Assembly: GCA_951406725.2 (NCBI GenBank)
Contig: OX597816.1
Location: forward strand, 62,496,001 to 62,560,000
Reading direction: 5' to 3'
Source of the DNA: Octopus vulgaris
Lineage: Eukaryota
DNA: 64,000 bases
Position numbers and translations under genes: made by a program
The notes under the pieces: model-generated
Told to the model about the DNA's origin: nothing
The model's input: the letters and a program-made list of their open reading frames with translations, nothing else
Databases searched by the model: none
Part shown: positions 11,391-25,392 of the stretch, in pieces
How the letters are laid out: each line of letters starts with the position of its first letter
How positions within the stretch are numbered: position 1 is the stretch's first letter

Positions 11391-12631
11391 TTCTCCATAC
11401 TTCATTACGTTGTCTCTCTCTCTCTTTCCTTCTATCCTTCTCTCTCCCTCTCTCTTTCCGTCTCTCCTCCCCTCTCTCTCTATATATAAATATATGAATA
11501 CATATGTATATATACATACACACACTTACGCACACACATATATGTGTGTGTATGAGTAATTATTGGATAATAAAATAAGTGGTTTACACCTGGTTGCTTA
11601 CTGGTTAAGCGCGGTCACAACCACTAAGAATTTTTAATTTTAAACCTCTCTTTGTGACTATTATCTTATTCCTTTTCATTATTTGAAATTCCTATTTCTG
11701 GACATAGTCTATTTTATTCTGTTCTTCGGTTTACTCGCTTTTCACAATTTTTTTCTTCTATTTAACTATTTTCTTCTATCTAACTATTGTTCATATTATA
11801 TCTCCACTAAAGTCAACCCCCATTGGCAACCAATTTAACCCCGTTACATTTTTTACAAAATTATTGTTGCAATTAGATGGAGATGCTTGTTCATTGGCCT
11901 GTATAGATTATATTATATATTCTCACATAAGTTTAGTTATTCAGTATTATCATAAATGTCTGATGAACCTCTAAGTAACAGATTGTGAAGATTTTTTTTT
12001 TCAGCTTTAATAAAATATTATATGTAAATATGTATAGACACGCACTCACATATTGTCAGCATCTTAAGTAAAGCAAGCTGAAATATATTACTTGGGTGGC
12101 ATGGTGTCTTACGAATGTAATGTAAGATTTTAGTAGATATATATTCTCAGGAAAAAGAGAAGCGAATGTTTGTGTAGTGAAGGGTGGATGTACTAAAATT
12201 GAACGAAATGTTTGCTGAGTAAGAGAGGGGGTAGTAATAAAATAAAATATTACTTATTTTGAATGACTGATATTGGATGAAATATTAGCTGTAGTGAAGT
12301 GACTATGGAATATCTGTTTGTTCAAAAACAAATGAAAAATGTCTGTAAAGATAAGATGTTTATTTCTAGATGCTTATTGTGATAAAGGAAATATTTCTTT
12401 AGAATATATCTCAATAGATATACATGGTGTATAATCCTATTTATGATGAAGTTGCACTTATAACCTGGGCCAATGTTATATTTAAAATTACAGTTATGTA
12501 AGCAACTAAGTTTAGAGTGGGGGAATATTTGCACGTATGCAATAAAGTCGTTATTTTCAGTATATAGCATGAATTATATAACATACATAGAACTATCTGA
12601 ACTTACTGCAATGTAATTTGTTTTAGTATAT

Positions 12632-13160
<529 letters not shown>

Positions 13161-13199
13161 TCTAAAGATGACATTTATTTTCTAAGACTGAAACTTCAT

Positions 13200-13480
13200 A
13201 CAAACCAAATTCCCTTCTACTTGGCAACCAGCCACATGAGTAACAGATGAAGACTATGCTGATGCCATAGCTCACTACACCAGCAGCATCTATTACGTTA
13301 TCCCATTCAACAGTAGATATTAGATAATACTCTGATGACTTAAAAGATGCATACTTCCACTGCATTCCAGAAGCGTACAAAAGGCACCAAAAGGAAAAAC
13401 AAACAGTGAAATCTCTAATAAAAACATCGCATCCACAGATTGGTCTTAGTGTCATATGAAAATTACCGATACCTGACGAC
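13200..13480 (+). mobile_element. Possible RTE-like RT remnant
   Basis: VTDEDYADAIA resembles ITDLDYADDIAL, with IGLSV downstream. Confidence 0.35.
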
Positions 13481-13563
13481 CTTAAGAGAAGCTTCTTTTA
13501 TGCTTCTCTGGTATCTGTGCCATTGTACTGGTTTTCTGCTTGGTCACTCATCAAATCTCTGGA

Positions 13564-13659
13564 CAGTTTTAACTGATGTGAAATTAGTCCGGTCAGTTTT
13601 AACTGATGTGAAATTAGTCCGGGCAGTTTTAACTGATGTGAAATTAGTCCGGGCAGTTT
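13564..13659 (+). repeat. 30-bp minisatellite, ~3.2 copies
   Basis: Unit CAGTTTTAACTGATGTGAAATTAGTCCGG(G/T). Confidence 0.95.
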
Positions 13660-13996
13660 ATACCTAGTTATTATTTGGGTTTTGCAATTTATGATCAAAA
13701 CTGAATTTAGGAAGACTTTGTGGTAAGGAAAAGACTAGGGAGGCTCGTTAAAACTTAATTCAAAGAAGCTAGCAGTAAGTCCGTCGTATGTTACAAAACG
13801 TGTATTCGTTATTTCACAAACTTATTGCGAATGAATTTGTGATTTAATAGGTAAGTTATAACAGAATGAAATTGCGAGATATATTATTAGAAATGAACGT
13901 GACTGGCTTAAGTTTATATTGTTTAAAATTTGCTGCAGATTCGCATAATTGGTGTTTCGGGAAGATTTGAGTATGATTTCCTTCTTTTTTTTTTTC

Positions 13997-14033
<37 letters not shown>

Positions 14034-14255
14034 GGGCAGCGAGCTGGCAAAATCGTTAGCACACCGGGCAAAATACTTTAAACAACATATACTTTACGTT
14101 CCGCGTTCAAATTCCACCGCGATCGACTTTCCCTTTTATCCTTCCAGGGGTCTATAACAGACGTACCGGCGAGATATTGGTGTTGACGGGTTGACATAAT
14201 CGACTTAACGCACACCCTGAAATTGTTGGCCTTGTGTCAAAATTCGAAACAATTA
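14034..14255 (+). mobile_element. SINE family A, diverged, third tail variant
   Basis: GGCAGCGAGCTGGCAAAATCGTTAGC, GTTCAAATTCC, tail GGCCTTGTGTCAAAATTCGAAAC. Confidence 0.8.
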
Positions 14256-14835
14256 TTTTTGTCTGTAATGTATGTGTGTGTGAGCGTGTGTATATTATAG
14301 TGGGATATATTTAGGTAATAGCTTAGAAAATAAGTTTGCTAATTGGGTAGTTAATTGTAGACTGGTCGTTGGATTATCACAGAAGCTTGGGTCCTCACTC
14401 TTACCCATGGATTTCGATATATTTTTTCAATGAAACAGTTTCGAATAATTGTATCACTGTAGTAACATGAAAAGTCACTGAAGACTTGTTAAGCACCCAA
14501 GAGCTCAGAAAGACGCACGAAAATGTGTTAGCTCAACTTTCAGCTGCTAATGACACTTGCTAAAGGTTTTATTTATCAATGCAAACTTTCAGTCACTTCC
14601 ATTATATATCCCCCAACAAATAAACATACAGTTGAAACTAGTTTATTTCAAATTCCATTAGCACCACACTCATAACATACTCATATGTGTATATTCGTAA
14701 ATTCAGAAGGTCCTTGAGGGAAATTCTTAGAATATGCCATAGGAATTTATGATTAAAATATAAAATTTGGAGGGGGATTTTATCCGCACATATGCTACAG
14801 AAATATGTTAAGATATTTCCATTACCATTTGCATA

Positions 14836-15073
14836 TGATTCACAGACCGGGCGTTGTGAGTGTTTATTGAGCGAAAACACCTAAGGCTCCACGAGCTCTA
14901 GAGGGGGGGGGAATCCGTGCTGTACTCTTTCGCCATAACTTTCTCTCACTCTTTCTTCTGTTGGCCTGCTCCATTAGCCAGCGAGCTGGCCTCATTTGAA
15001 GGCTAAAACAATGCGAAGCGCATTGTGACCAGCGATGTGTAGCAACATCTGATAGTCTGGTCGATCACGTGAT

Positions 15074-15080
<7 letters not shown>
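14836..15080 (+). mobile_element. SINE family C, 5'-truncated, alternative tail
   Basis: Body GACCGGGCGTTGTGAGTGTTTATTGAGCGAAAACACC as at 52683. Tail shared with 43899-44001. Confidence 0.8.
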
Positions 15081-15129
<49 letters not shown>

Positions 15130-15345
15130 CAAAATGAGGGTGAAAAATTGGATAATAATTTGATAACATCAATTTTTACACCAGTGGTCTAGCATATGAA
15201 AAACTGAGATTCAGTAAATAGTATTTCATGCATAAATATAAGAGGGAATTTTTTAACCACTATGTGGAAACTCTTATGCTAGAAGAAGATCTGCTATTGT
15301 CTCAACCATAGCGTGAAGTTCTACAAATTATATCTTGCACAGAGG

Positions 15346-15422
15346 ATCATACTGACGATCTACAGATAAATTGTGTAAGTAAAATTACGTAATTTATTGA
15401 TAGTGAAACAATTGTTTATGAT
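15346..15422 (+). ncRNA. Minimal type-I hammerhead ribozyme candidate
   Basis: ATCATA-CTGACGA-[long stem ATAAATTGTGTAA/TTACGTAATTTAT]-GAAAC-AATT-GTT-TATGAT. Perfect 6-bp stem I, palindromic stem III. Confidence 0.7.
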
Positions 15423-15542
15423 TTAATCTATATTTTTGTTACTTTTCATTTGTCTTGCTCACTTACGTTTCTGGTGTGCTAAATTTTCTGGAGAGCATAT
15501 CCCTATTTTATGAAGTTTATTTTTTATTTATGCTCCTTTTTC

Positions 15543-15817
15543 AAGCCTAGTCAGCCTCATGGGCCCGGTTTCCCGGTTTCTGTGGCGTATGTGTCCCCCA
15601 CCCGACTGGACGGGACACTAGTCTATCGCAGCGTTACTCAAGAAACAGGAAGAGAGAGTGAGAGAAAGTTGGGGTGAAACAGTACAACAGGGGTCGCCAC
15701 CACCTCCTGCCTCGTGTAGCTTTAGGTGTTTTCGCTCAATAAACACACACAACGCCCGGTCTGAGAATCGAAACAACGATCCTCCGACCGCGAGTTTGCT
15801 GCCCTAACCACTGGGCA
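15543..15817 (-). mobile_element. SINE family C
   Basis: Reverse complement matches 52616-52898. Confidence 0.88.
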
Positions 15818-15959
15818 TTTTATGATGTACCGTATAAATAATTTACTACGTCACGATAGTTTACTGAGTCTTATAGCTTAAAACCATAATTTATAAATGT
15901 CAATAGAATATGAAATGTAAGATAGCATCACCTTTTACTAAATACATTCTGTTAGTTTT

Positions 15960-16700
15960 CTCATATGATGGATAAAGCACAAAGCATCATACATATACCT
16001 TCATATTCATGGAACAAATGTTCGCTTGCGAGAGCATGTGAAGTATTTCATGTCTACACAGTCTCTTTGAATACTCCAATAGTAGCCTGCTGTCATGTGT
16101 GTGTTCCATTGGCCTTGATATCTCTCCTCCATAATCTTGATTGTTTGATGAAAACGCCCACCATGATCATCTCTCACGTCTCCGAAATTAGCAGGAAATT
16201 CATCGAGATGGCTATTGAGGAGAAGTTTTATGTTCATGTTACAGCCCAAATGATGAAAGCTATCGCGTAATAATTCCCCTCCAAATATTTGTAGTTGGCA
16301 GCCTTTTCACTCCTCTCCAAATCCTTTCACAACAGTCACAACTGAATCCCATGTTCTTTTTTCTATGGCATTTCGTCAACCAAAATGTTACAGAAATTGT
16401 ACCAAATATGTCCTAGACGTGAACAGCAGTTTTTCTTCCCTTTCTAAATGAATTATTCTATTATTGCATGATGGAACATGTTATACCATATTGTTTACTC
16501 CTCTCGTCAACTCTGATCAAATTGGCATTAATCAAAACGAAATGAAGCCAATATCATCCCATCCAATTTTATTGTAGAGTATATCGAGATAGCATTATCC
16601 ATGAGATATTTTTCTTTAAAGCACATGAAGCAATTGCAGTGAACGTACGTCAGCGTGCCAGGCGTTTTAGGTTAAACGCGATGTAGCTTGAATAAAGAAG
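15960..16700 (-). mobile_element. DNA transposase C-terminal remnant (Chapaev3/CMC-like)
   Basis: LNSHLDEFPANFGDVRDDHGGRFHQ..MEERYQGQW...YYW resembles the HSHLD..SDEQGERFHQ motif (family name recalled from memory). Confidence 0.7.
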
Positions 16701-16806
16701 GAAAATTTCCGTTAGTATCACGTTACCAAATGCAAGTTCATCTATAGGCTTTTACCGAAAAATCAAAAATACAAGTTTATATGTATGTAGCATTGTAATC
16801 CTAGGA

Positions 16807-17505
16807 CTAGCCGGACCCGTGAATATTTCACGGAATTAATGGAAAAGCTATTGGGTTATTTTTGAAAACATTATCCCATATAACTGAAAGCGTAGCCTGT
16901 GTTGTGTGTAAATAAGCGTGAATACTTCACGGAATTGCACTGATGTGCATGCGTTGAGAGGTGATATAAAAAAAGACTTCAATTAAAAAAATACAGAATT
17001 CACTATGCAGTCACTACCGCCACCTTCAGCACGATCCACCTCGACCACCACCACCACCTCTATGTCCACCACCACTACCACTATCATCATCTCTTCATCC
17101 CTCCATTCGCTCTCTCTCCCCGTCTCTCTATCTTTTATAGGCTCATCCTCAGAACATCATCCCTCCGCTAAAATCATATTTCTAACTCTCCTCCTCTAAC
17201 TTCAGCTAATTCTTATAACCACGTATTAGATATTACGTTCTCCCTACCCCACGTCATGGACGCTTCTCTCTCTCGTTTTTTCTTTCTTCCTCTTTCTGTC
17301 TCACTCTTCACCTTATCGTCGTTTTCTCTCTCTCTCTCTTTTCCTTATTCTCTCTTTCCCGTCAACGAATCGCATGAAAGTGTTACACTTACATTCTCTC
17401 TACCTGGTGTCATGGAAACTTCTCTCACCCTCTTTTCTTTCTCCTCTTTTTCTCTAATCACGTGAAAGCGTTACTGACGTAACGACAAGGCGAGTTATTA
17501 TAAGG
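16807..17505 (-). mobile_element. Non-autonomous Helitron-like element
   Basis: CTAG terminus at 16807-16810 next to hairpin CCGTGAA-TAT-TTCACGG. The 5' TC end is degenerate. Confidence 0.55.
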
Positions 17506-17731
17506 CTAAAAGAGAAATTAGACTTTCTTCACGCTGAGGTGGTACCCATCAAAGTAGGAAGCAGTGGTATGAGGGAGATATGTTTCTTTTTTATTTATGG
17601 AATGTTAGTCGAGAACGTAGAGATCAAACCATTCCTATTCTTAGCACTGCAAGGTATGATTTAAGGGAGATTTGTGTGCTATTTTTAGTAAATTCAAAGA
17701 CAAAGTGGAAATATGCCTACTGGCATATGGC

Positions 17732-17762
<31 letters not shown>

Positions 17763-17792
17763 TAATAATGATAATGATAAATGATAAATGAT

Positions 17793-18560
17793 AAATGGCA
17801 AGAAAACCCTCTCTATGGCAAATACCCAAAGAGAGCAAATAATGCAGATATTGACAAAGCCCTGACCCATCAATGACTAATGGCCTCTGGCTTAAAATCT
17901 GAAACAGAGGGGTTTATCATAGCAGCTCAAGATCAATGCCTACCAACAAGAAACTACCAGGCCAACATATTAAAGATCAGAAGCAGTCCAACGTGTCGTG
18001 TATGCCAGCAACAAAATGAAACCATTGACCATGTGGTCTCCAAGTGCAGTCTTCTAGCGCCTACAGAGTATCTCAACAGGCACGATAGAGCTGCACAATA
18101 TATTCACTGGGTAATCTGCAAAAACCTGGATTTGCCCCATGAAAAAAACTGGTGGGAACACAAACCACCCCCAGTGCTTGAAAATGACCACATCTCACTC
18201 CTCTGGAACTTCACCATTCAAACTGACAGAAAGATAGATGCAAATAGGCCAGACATCATATTGAAAGACTTCAAACAAAGAACATGCCTCCTCATTGATA
18301 TGACTGTCCCAATCGATATAAACGTATCTGTCAAGACCTACCAAAAACTGAGTAAATATAAAGATCTTGAAATAGAAATCAGCAAAATGTGGAACCTGAA
18401 GACTAAAACAATACCTGTTGTCATAGGTGCCCTGGGAATGATAGCAAAAGGGGCTGATAGCTACCTAACTCAGATACCAGGAAACCCAAAAATGGCAGAA
18501 ATTCAAAAGATAGTGCTCATGGGAACTGCTCATATCCTACGCAAAAAACTTTCTATGTAA
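17793..18560 (+). pseudogene. Zinc finger plus restriction-like endonuclease region of the RLE LINE (ORF 17880-18560 open, in-frame TGA at 17874)
   Basis: Frame continues upstream as KWQENPLYGKY...HQ*LMASGL, where the stop replaces a conserved Trp. Confidence 0.85.
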
Positions 18561-18777
18561 TCTCAAGGTTTAAAACAAACATAATTTTCGGTTTAAAGGG
18601 AGAGGGAAAAGAAAAAAAAAATTTTTTTTTTAGACATTCATTAGTACAACCCCCCCACCAAATATATGGCACACTAGGCATAACAACAACATGAACTTCC
18701 AACCTGTTGTCTCTTGAGGTCTCTGGGTGAGACTTGGAGCCAACTTGTACAAATATAAAGCAAAACTCAAACATAGA
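17793..18777 (+). mobile_element. 5'-truncated R4/Dong-like (RLE) non-LTR retrotransposon
   Basis: ETEGFIIAAQDQ, CCHC finger CRVC..H....C, RHD, RPDI..LID..P..K..KY endonuclease motifs. Flanked by (TAA)n on both sides. Confidence 0.92.
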
Positions 18778-18866
18778 ATAATAATATTAATAATAATAAT
18801 AACAACAAAAACAACAACATCGAAAAATACCTTAGGAATGAGAACCCAGGTTCGAAATTTCCCCAA

Positions 18867-18912
18867 GACACCTGATGAAGGCTGGAGGGTATATCAGCCG
18901 AAATGTTGTGTC
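18867..18912 (+). ncRNA. Minimal type-I hammerhead ribozyme candidate
   Basis: GACAC-CTGATGA-A-GGCTG/CAGCC-GAAA-TGTT-GTGTC. Perfect 5-bp stems I and II. Confidence 0.7.
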
Positions 18913-19079
18913 AACAACAAACAAGATGAGGACAAATATCCGTCAAATATAAATAATGTAAATAATGTGGAAATTTCTTGTATAAAGTATATTGGGTGTT
19001 ACTCGGTAAATATTGGCCTGCGATTTCTAGGAAGTAGATGATATATGTTTGTCCAGAAAAAAGGTTGTCCAGAAAGTAA

Positions 19080-19272
19080 ATAAACAATGAGAAACATTTA
19101 GTAAAATTACAACGGGAATTGGATAACATAACAGTGATTAAACTATTATTGTCATTAAAATAAACTTGAATAGTAACATAAACATGCAACAAAAATTTAG
19201 TTGTCTCCTCCATTGAGATTTTCGAAATTACTTCTTGAAATTGTCTAAACACTTTGTGGTGGGCACCCTGTA
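19080..19272 (-). mobile_element. Tc1/mariner-like terminal fragment
   Basis: Ends GGGCACCCTG-TA, i.e. a TA-CAGGGTG type TIR. Confidence 0.4.
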
Positions 19273-20290
19273 CTGTTTAAAGCGGTAGACGATGAGTTGA
19301 CTGAGAGATTTAGGTGTTATTTCTAACCCGTCAATCGATCACATAAAATATTCCTTCCTTTTACTTGTGTTTTTTAACGTATATTTGAAGCTGGTCGGCT
19401 GTGATCTGATAGAGATACGGTTGTTAAATCCTGCAACTCATGTAACCACGTAGAAGCTCATTTGTTGGCGCATCCTAATCTTTTTTATGCAGATTTAGCA
19501 ATGTTTCACATGTGAGGTCACCACCATAAGAAATCGTCAGACACCATTACGCCTAGCATGTAAAGTGTTATATGTAGGAGGATAAAATACTTTTTTTATT
19601 CCTCTCCACAAACTTTTTTTATATACACTTGCCTTGCTTGGCCCTGTTTAAATGTAAATCTAACTTCGAATGTATCCTCATATATAAATGCGTATTTTAT
19701 ACAATCTTTATTCTTTATCGTTTTCCTCCTTCCATTAAACTTTTAAATCCTTGCTTCCAAACACACACACACTCTCTCTCTCTTACTCCCGCGCGTTTTA
19801 CTGGTTTTCGAGTTTGCTTCCTTATTTCCTCTTTCATTCTCTCTTCCAGTCTTTCTTCCTTCTCTCAGTTTTTCTTTTCCTTTCTTAGTTTCTTCATTTC
19901 AGTTTTATTCCTTCATTTCTCTTTTCCTTGTTTATGTTTTTTCTTCAGTTTTGCTTTTTATTGTCTTTTTTTGCTCTTCTTTTTCTTAATGTTCCATTCT
20001 AATTTTGAAGACATCTTATGGAATATTGTCAGGTTATCAATGTTTGTGCAGGAAATCAGAATGTAGAAAAATTCTTATTTCTGTATTTATATATTTCTTT
20101 CTTTGTATATTTGTTTAATTCATATTTATTACTTTTGTAACGGCTTATCAATCATAGTATATTTAATCTAATGCATCATCTGTTGCTGACAGCTATCAGC
20201 CTTCTCCGTCTCCCTCTCTCTTCCACTCTCTCTCGTCCATTCTCTCTCTCTCTCTCTCAATCCTGTACCCTATACATAAATACATACATA

Positions 20291-20596
<306 letters not shown>

Positions 20597-20636
20597 GCAT
20601 GTAAGTTTGTATATATGTATATGTATATGTGTGTAA

Positions 20637-20678
<42 letters not shown>

Positions 20679-20912
20679 AAATTTATAAGTATTTATGCTT
20701 GTATACGCATATATATCATCTTATTCTTGCCCGCACACATATATACATTCATGCACACACACACACACACGCGCTCACACTCACTCACACACACATCTTA
20801 TTTATATTTCTGACTGCATCTCACTCTTTTCTTTCCCTATTCATACATACATAATGCATGCATTAATATATAAACACATATAAACATGTATGTATGTATG
20901 TATGTATGTATG

Positions 20913-20985
<73 letters not shown>

Positions 20986-23900
20986 ACATAGTTGTATGCA
21001 AGCACATGTATACATATATAGGCATACAGACATATGTAAAGGCATATGTAAATAAATGCTAACATCAGTATGTATGTATGTATGTATGTATGTATATATG
21101 TATGTAAGCAGTACATACATGCAAGCGTACATGGTATCAACTCCAATACAAAGAATAAGTAAGTCCAATAAACTACACATCGGTATGTTTATTTTTCTTT
21201 GCGGTTTTTATCCATTAATGTTTATCATATTGATTCAGGGTATCTCTGCGTGGTTTGGTGTTTGCTTGTGTTTTCCTCTATTCTCTTCTTGTATGCGTTC
21301 CTAAAATTGTTTGAAACAAATGTGTGGCGTATAGATTAAAGAATTGTAAAATAGAATTTAAAAACATATAGAAAGTGTGCATTTGTGATTTTTAAATTCT
21401 TTTGCGAGAACTCAAACAAATAACATTTCAGGTTTGACAGGAAATCTGATTTCAGAAAACGTGGTTAATATACTTTGCAATTTCTATCCATGGGTAAACG
21501 AAGCATAGAAGCACATATGCCTGAAGGAAATCAATTTCTTTCTTTAGCTATTCAAATAAGCCTGCGCGTTTTCCTTGTGTAATTTCATATAATAAATGTA
21601 TTGGAGTTGTAGTTGACCTTTAACGTGGATTTTCATACTTTACAGATGATGTCACTGGTTAGCCTGGTCAAATGCTGTTTTATGTAGTTTTTTTTTTATC
21701 TGTCGAATATGAAACTACTATTGTTCTATGTTGATACGTGTGTAAAGAAAGCAAGGTTGCAGAGCTGAGTAAGATGTGAGATCGATAGCCATAAGAAAGT
21801 TGGTATCACAGCAATAACAGCGTTGCCATGCAGTTGAATTTACAATTTACAGTGAATAATATCCAAGGGTCAAAGTTAACCTGAATAAATGTGGACGCAG
21901 GAAATTTGTTTGAGATTGGTGAAGCAGGATGGCCATCCAGTAGGGAATGCCCCCGTTAAATGATCTGCCTCCTTTACATTTTTACTTATTGATATCTTCA
22001 ATAAATAAGAAAGCAATATAAGGTTTTACAGAATAACTGGTGATGTTTTGGAAAGGAAAATGCCAAAGTGATGGCCAGGGGTTGGAGATCGGATGAAGTA
22101 TTTAGATATTTGCTTTCCTTGATGTGTTTTCCGAAATAAATAACTAACAGTTAATTTTAAGTATGAAAGGGTTTTGTTTTTTTAAAATTAATACCGATGG
22201 TGGTCAGCCTACACTACAATGCCAACAATAATGACCCTAATAATTCAGTTTTCCCTGCCAGAACTTAGCCCCCTCCTGAATATCAGTGCCAGGTGCCATC
22301 GTGATTACACACCATAACTGGATCACGTGGCATCAATTGATTTCAGAACTGCTGAGGACAGACTCACTCCATTTGATAAGCTCTGGCACTTATTAACCAA
22401 ATCTCTAATGTCTTGTCCGTGAGTATAGGAAGTCTTGAAATAAAGCAGAATTCTCTGATGCCGTTGACCGTCTGTTTTAAGGCGGTTCCGGAGGATTGGA
22501 AATTCTGGTAACCTACTGTAGCTAGGAGGTACCAGTCATCTAGGGTCTCTCTTATCCTTTAGCTTTCTCTCATTCACAACCAAAATAGTTATTTTGTGAA
22601 ATGCGTCTCCCCCAAACTTCTGTAAAACTTCATTGCATAAATGATTGATCTTGGATCATGTATGGGAGAAATGCAAATTTAGGTGATGGGAGAATTTGAA
22701 AACTTTTCCACTTTTTACAATTCCTGGTCATGAAAACACGACTACCGAGGCATTGCACATAGCAACTTTCTGTAAAAATAATAATAATAAGCAAAATCTA
22801 CCACCCATACATTTCACGTGAATATACAAAGTAATCAATGTTGTCCGAGGGGTAAATCGCTCCCAGATTAGAACTACCATCACAATATGTAAGCTAATGT
22901 ACTTAGGTGAAGATATCACTGCATTTGAGCAAGTTACTTGGAGAGGGGTCTTTTAACGGATTTTGTGTAAATATATCGTATTCTGAAAAGGTTACACTGA
23001 AGGTAAGCATCAGCAAAATGTGTCAGACTTTGTAGGCATGAAAAGTCCGCTGCCTAAATTGACTATGCAACTAGTGGCTATCAGTAAGCGAAAAACGTAA
23101 CATAGCATTAATCTAGATAGATTACGCTATGCTACCTTACTCAATGCTTCGGTAAAAACTCACCCATTCAATATTCAGACTAAAGAGTGCTTCTACGTAC
23201 GAAATTAGATCCTGAGTAAGATACAATACAGTACAAATTCATGCAAATGAGTGGCTTAAATGTGACATTGCCGGGTTCTTACACGATAAGGAATCATGGG
23301 ATTAGAAAGTTTGATCTTAAAACAAACAGTAATTGCATCAGGGTGTTTTATATCAATGCCGATCACAAATCCACTCTTATCAATACCACCACATAGCAAA
23401 AGAATAAACCGAAATCTTCGTGGGTGCAACATGGATCTTAATATTAACGTTTTATCGGAGACATTAGATATTTTATTTTCTGCTTATCAGAGAGATGTTA
23501 TACATTCGAGAGGTCATCAGTCGACATAAATAAAGGTTTTATTCAGATATCTAGAGCAATCCTTTTATAGTCTCCAAAATCGCAGTGGCTATGTTCTTGG
23601 CAGTCCTGATATTAGTAAAGACTATTAGTAATCTAAACTAGTCAAACAGGTTGTACAACAAACATCACACCGAGGGAGCTGCAAATATTACGAGTGCCGT
23701 ACACATACGGTTGGGTTCAGCATATTTGTATTCCTTGATGTGGTAAATGGAAACAATTTTAGCATTCGTACATCTCTCGAATTCTTTCGTCTCGTGAATT
23801 ATTGACTAGTCTATCTCTTGATGTCATTCCATTCAATAGCATTCGTCCATGTCTTGAATTGCAGACTCCGATTTCAAGCCTTCTGGAAAAAGGTACTTCA

Positions 23901-24518
23901 GCAATGTGTTACAAAGATTATTGTCTTCTTTCAAGATATTTATCAAAACCAAGGAATGTCAGGAAAAAAATAAAAATGAAAAATGTTTCTTCAGTACTTC
24001 AATGCAATCAGCAGTTTCTTGAATTAAACATAGAAGCCTTCAGAGTGACTTTAGAACCCAACTTTACATAATCTAAGAAAAATAGCTGCGAGCTCTTTGA
24101 ATCTCTTATGTAAGATAGATTGCAAAAAGTTCCTAAAAGCTCCGGAAATTTTGATACATTCACAAATAAGTAACATATACAATTATAAGCAATCTGTGGC
24201 ACACTATTTTTACATGGGACAAGTCAAATCGTTAGATGGCATATCTATACTGAATTCCAGTCCATTACAGTGGATTGCAGTGGAGAATTCCTCGGTTAAT
24301 TCATAAATTAGCGTAAACCATTTAAATTGAGCGAGTATTGAAGGGTTTTGGGAAATGTTCGTTGTCCCTGACGTTGACGATGCATCCTTCTTGTGTAGAT
24401 CAGATAAGATTCTATAAGCGATATTGATTGGAAATTGTTATTTCTGTAGCATAGCAATGAAGGGCTGTTTTCAAAATTCATTGAATAAGGAATCTAGAAT
24501 GTAAATGTTGGGCATATA

Positions 24519-24734
24519 CTCTTTTACTCTTTTACTTGTTTCAGTCATTTGAATGTGGCCATGCTGGAGCACCACCTTTAGTCAACCAAATCGATCCTAG
24601 GACTTATTCTTTGTAAGCTTAGTACTTATTCTATCGGTCTCTTTTGCCGAACCATTAAGTTACGGGGACATAAACACACCAGCATCGGTTGTCAAGCGAT
24701 GTTGGAGGGACAAACACAGACACGCAAACACACA

Positions 24735-24786
<52 letters not shown>

Positions 24787-24880
24787 CACATATATACGAC
24801 GAGCTTCTTTCAGTTTCCGTCTACCAAATCCACTCTCAAGGCTTTGGTCGGCCCGAGGCTATAGTAGAAGAGTCTTGCCC
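24519..24880 (-). mobile_element. SINE B, 5'-truncated
   Basis: Family B blocks, central (CA)n(TA)n. Confidence 0.9.
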
Positions 24881-25392
24881 ATCGTCTAACAAGTATTCAG
24901 GTTTTTTTACTCTAATTTTTGCGTGTAAAACACGTACTGCATGCAATAGACCCATTGCACTGGAGACTTCAGTACAACAACATGCAGAGTCTTGATAAGA
25001 TATTTCCTGTCACTTGGTGATATAAGATTACTCAGACTGAAATGTTTCATTGAACCAACGCCAACAGTATAGAATTTTTACTCTATAAACAGCAACCGAG
25101 ATGACGTGAACTTTTGTGAATAACTATTTTTCACATCTCATGTAGAATCTTTTACGACCAGTCGAGGCTGGCCGACGCCTGCGTAAGGACCGAAAATAGA
25201 TGCTTAAATAACAGCTGAAGAACACTTTGGAAGAGAGTAATGTCAACCTTTTGAAATTGCAACACATCGCTATACGCCGATAATTTCGACACTCCTACTA
25301 AGGCAATAGGTATCGATAATGTAAAGGAGAAAAACAGTAAATACCACAGGAAAAGAATATAATAGAGACATACACGTGGAGTTATAATTGTA

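Noticed and set aside
11570-12600. Possible Penelope GIY-YIG remnant and CTGATGA at 11960
   Set aside because: No GIY/YIG motif, and no GAAA or stems to complete a hammerhead.
13564-13659. CRISPR-like short repeats
   Set aside because: Head-to-tail 30-bp units with no spacers, in a eukaryotic context.
21900-24500. Possible very old LINE (AFDKxWH-like and LSET-like words)
   Set aside because: Motifs are inconsistent in strand and order, too degenerate to call.
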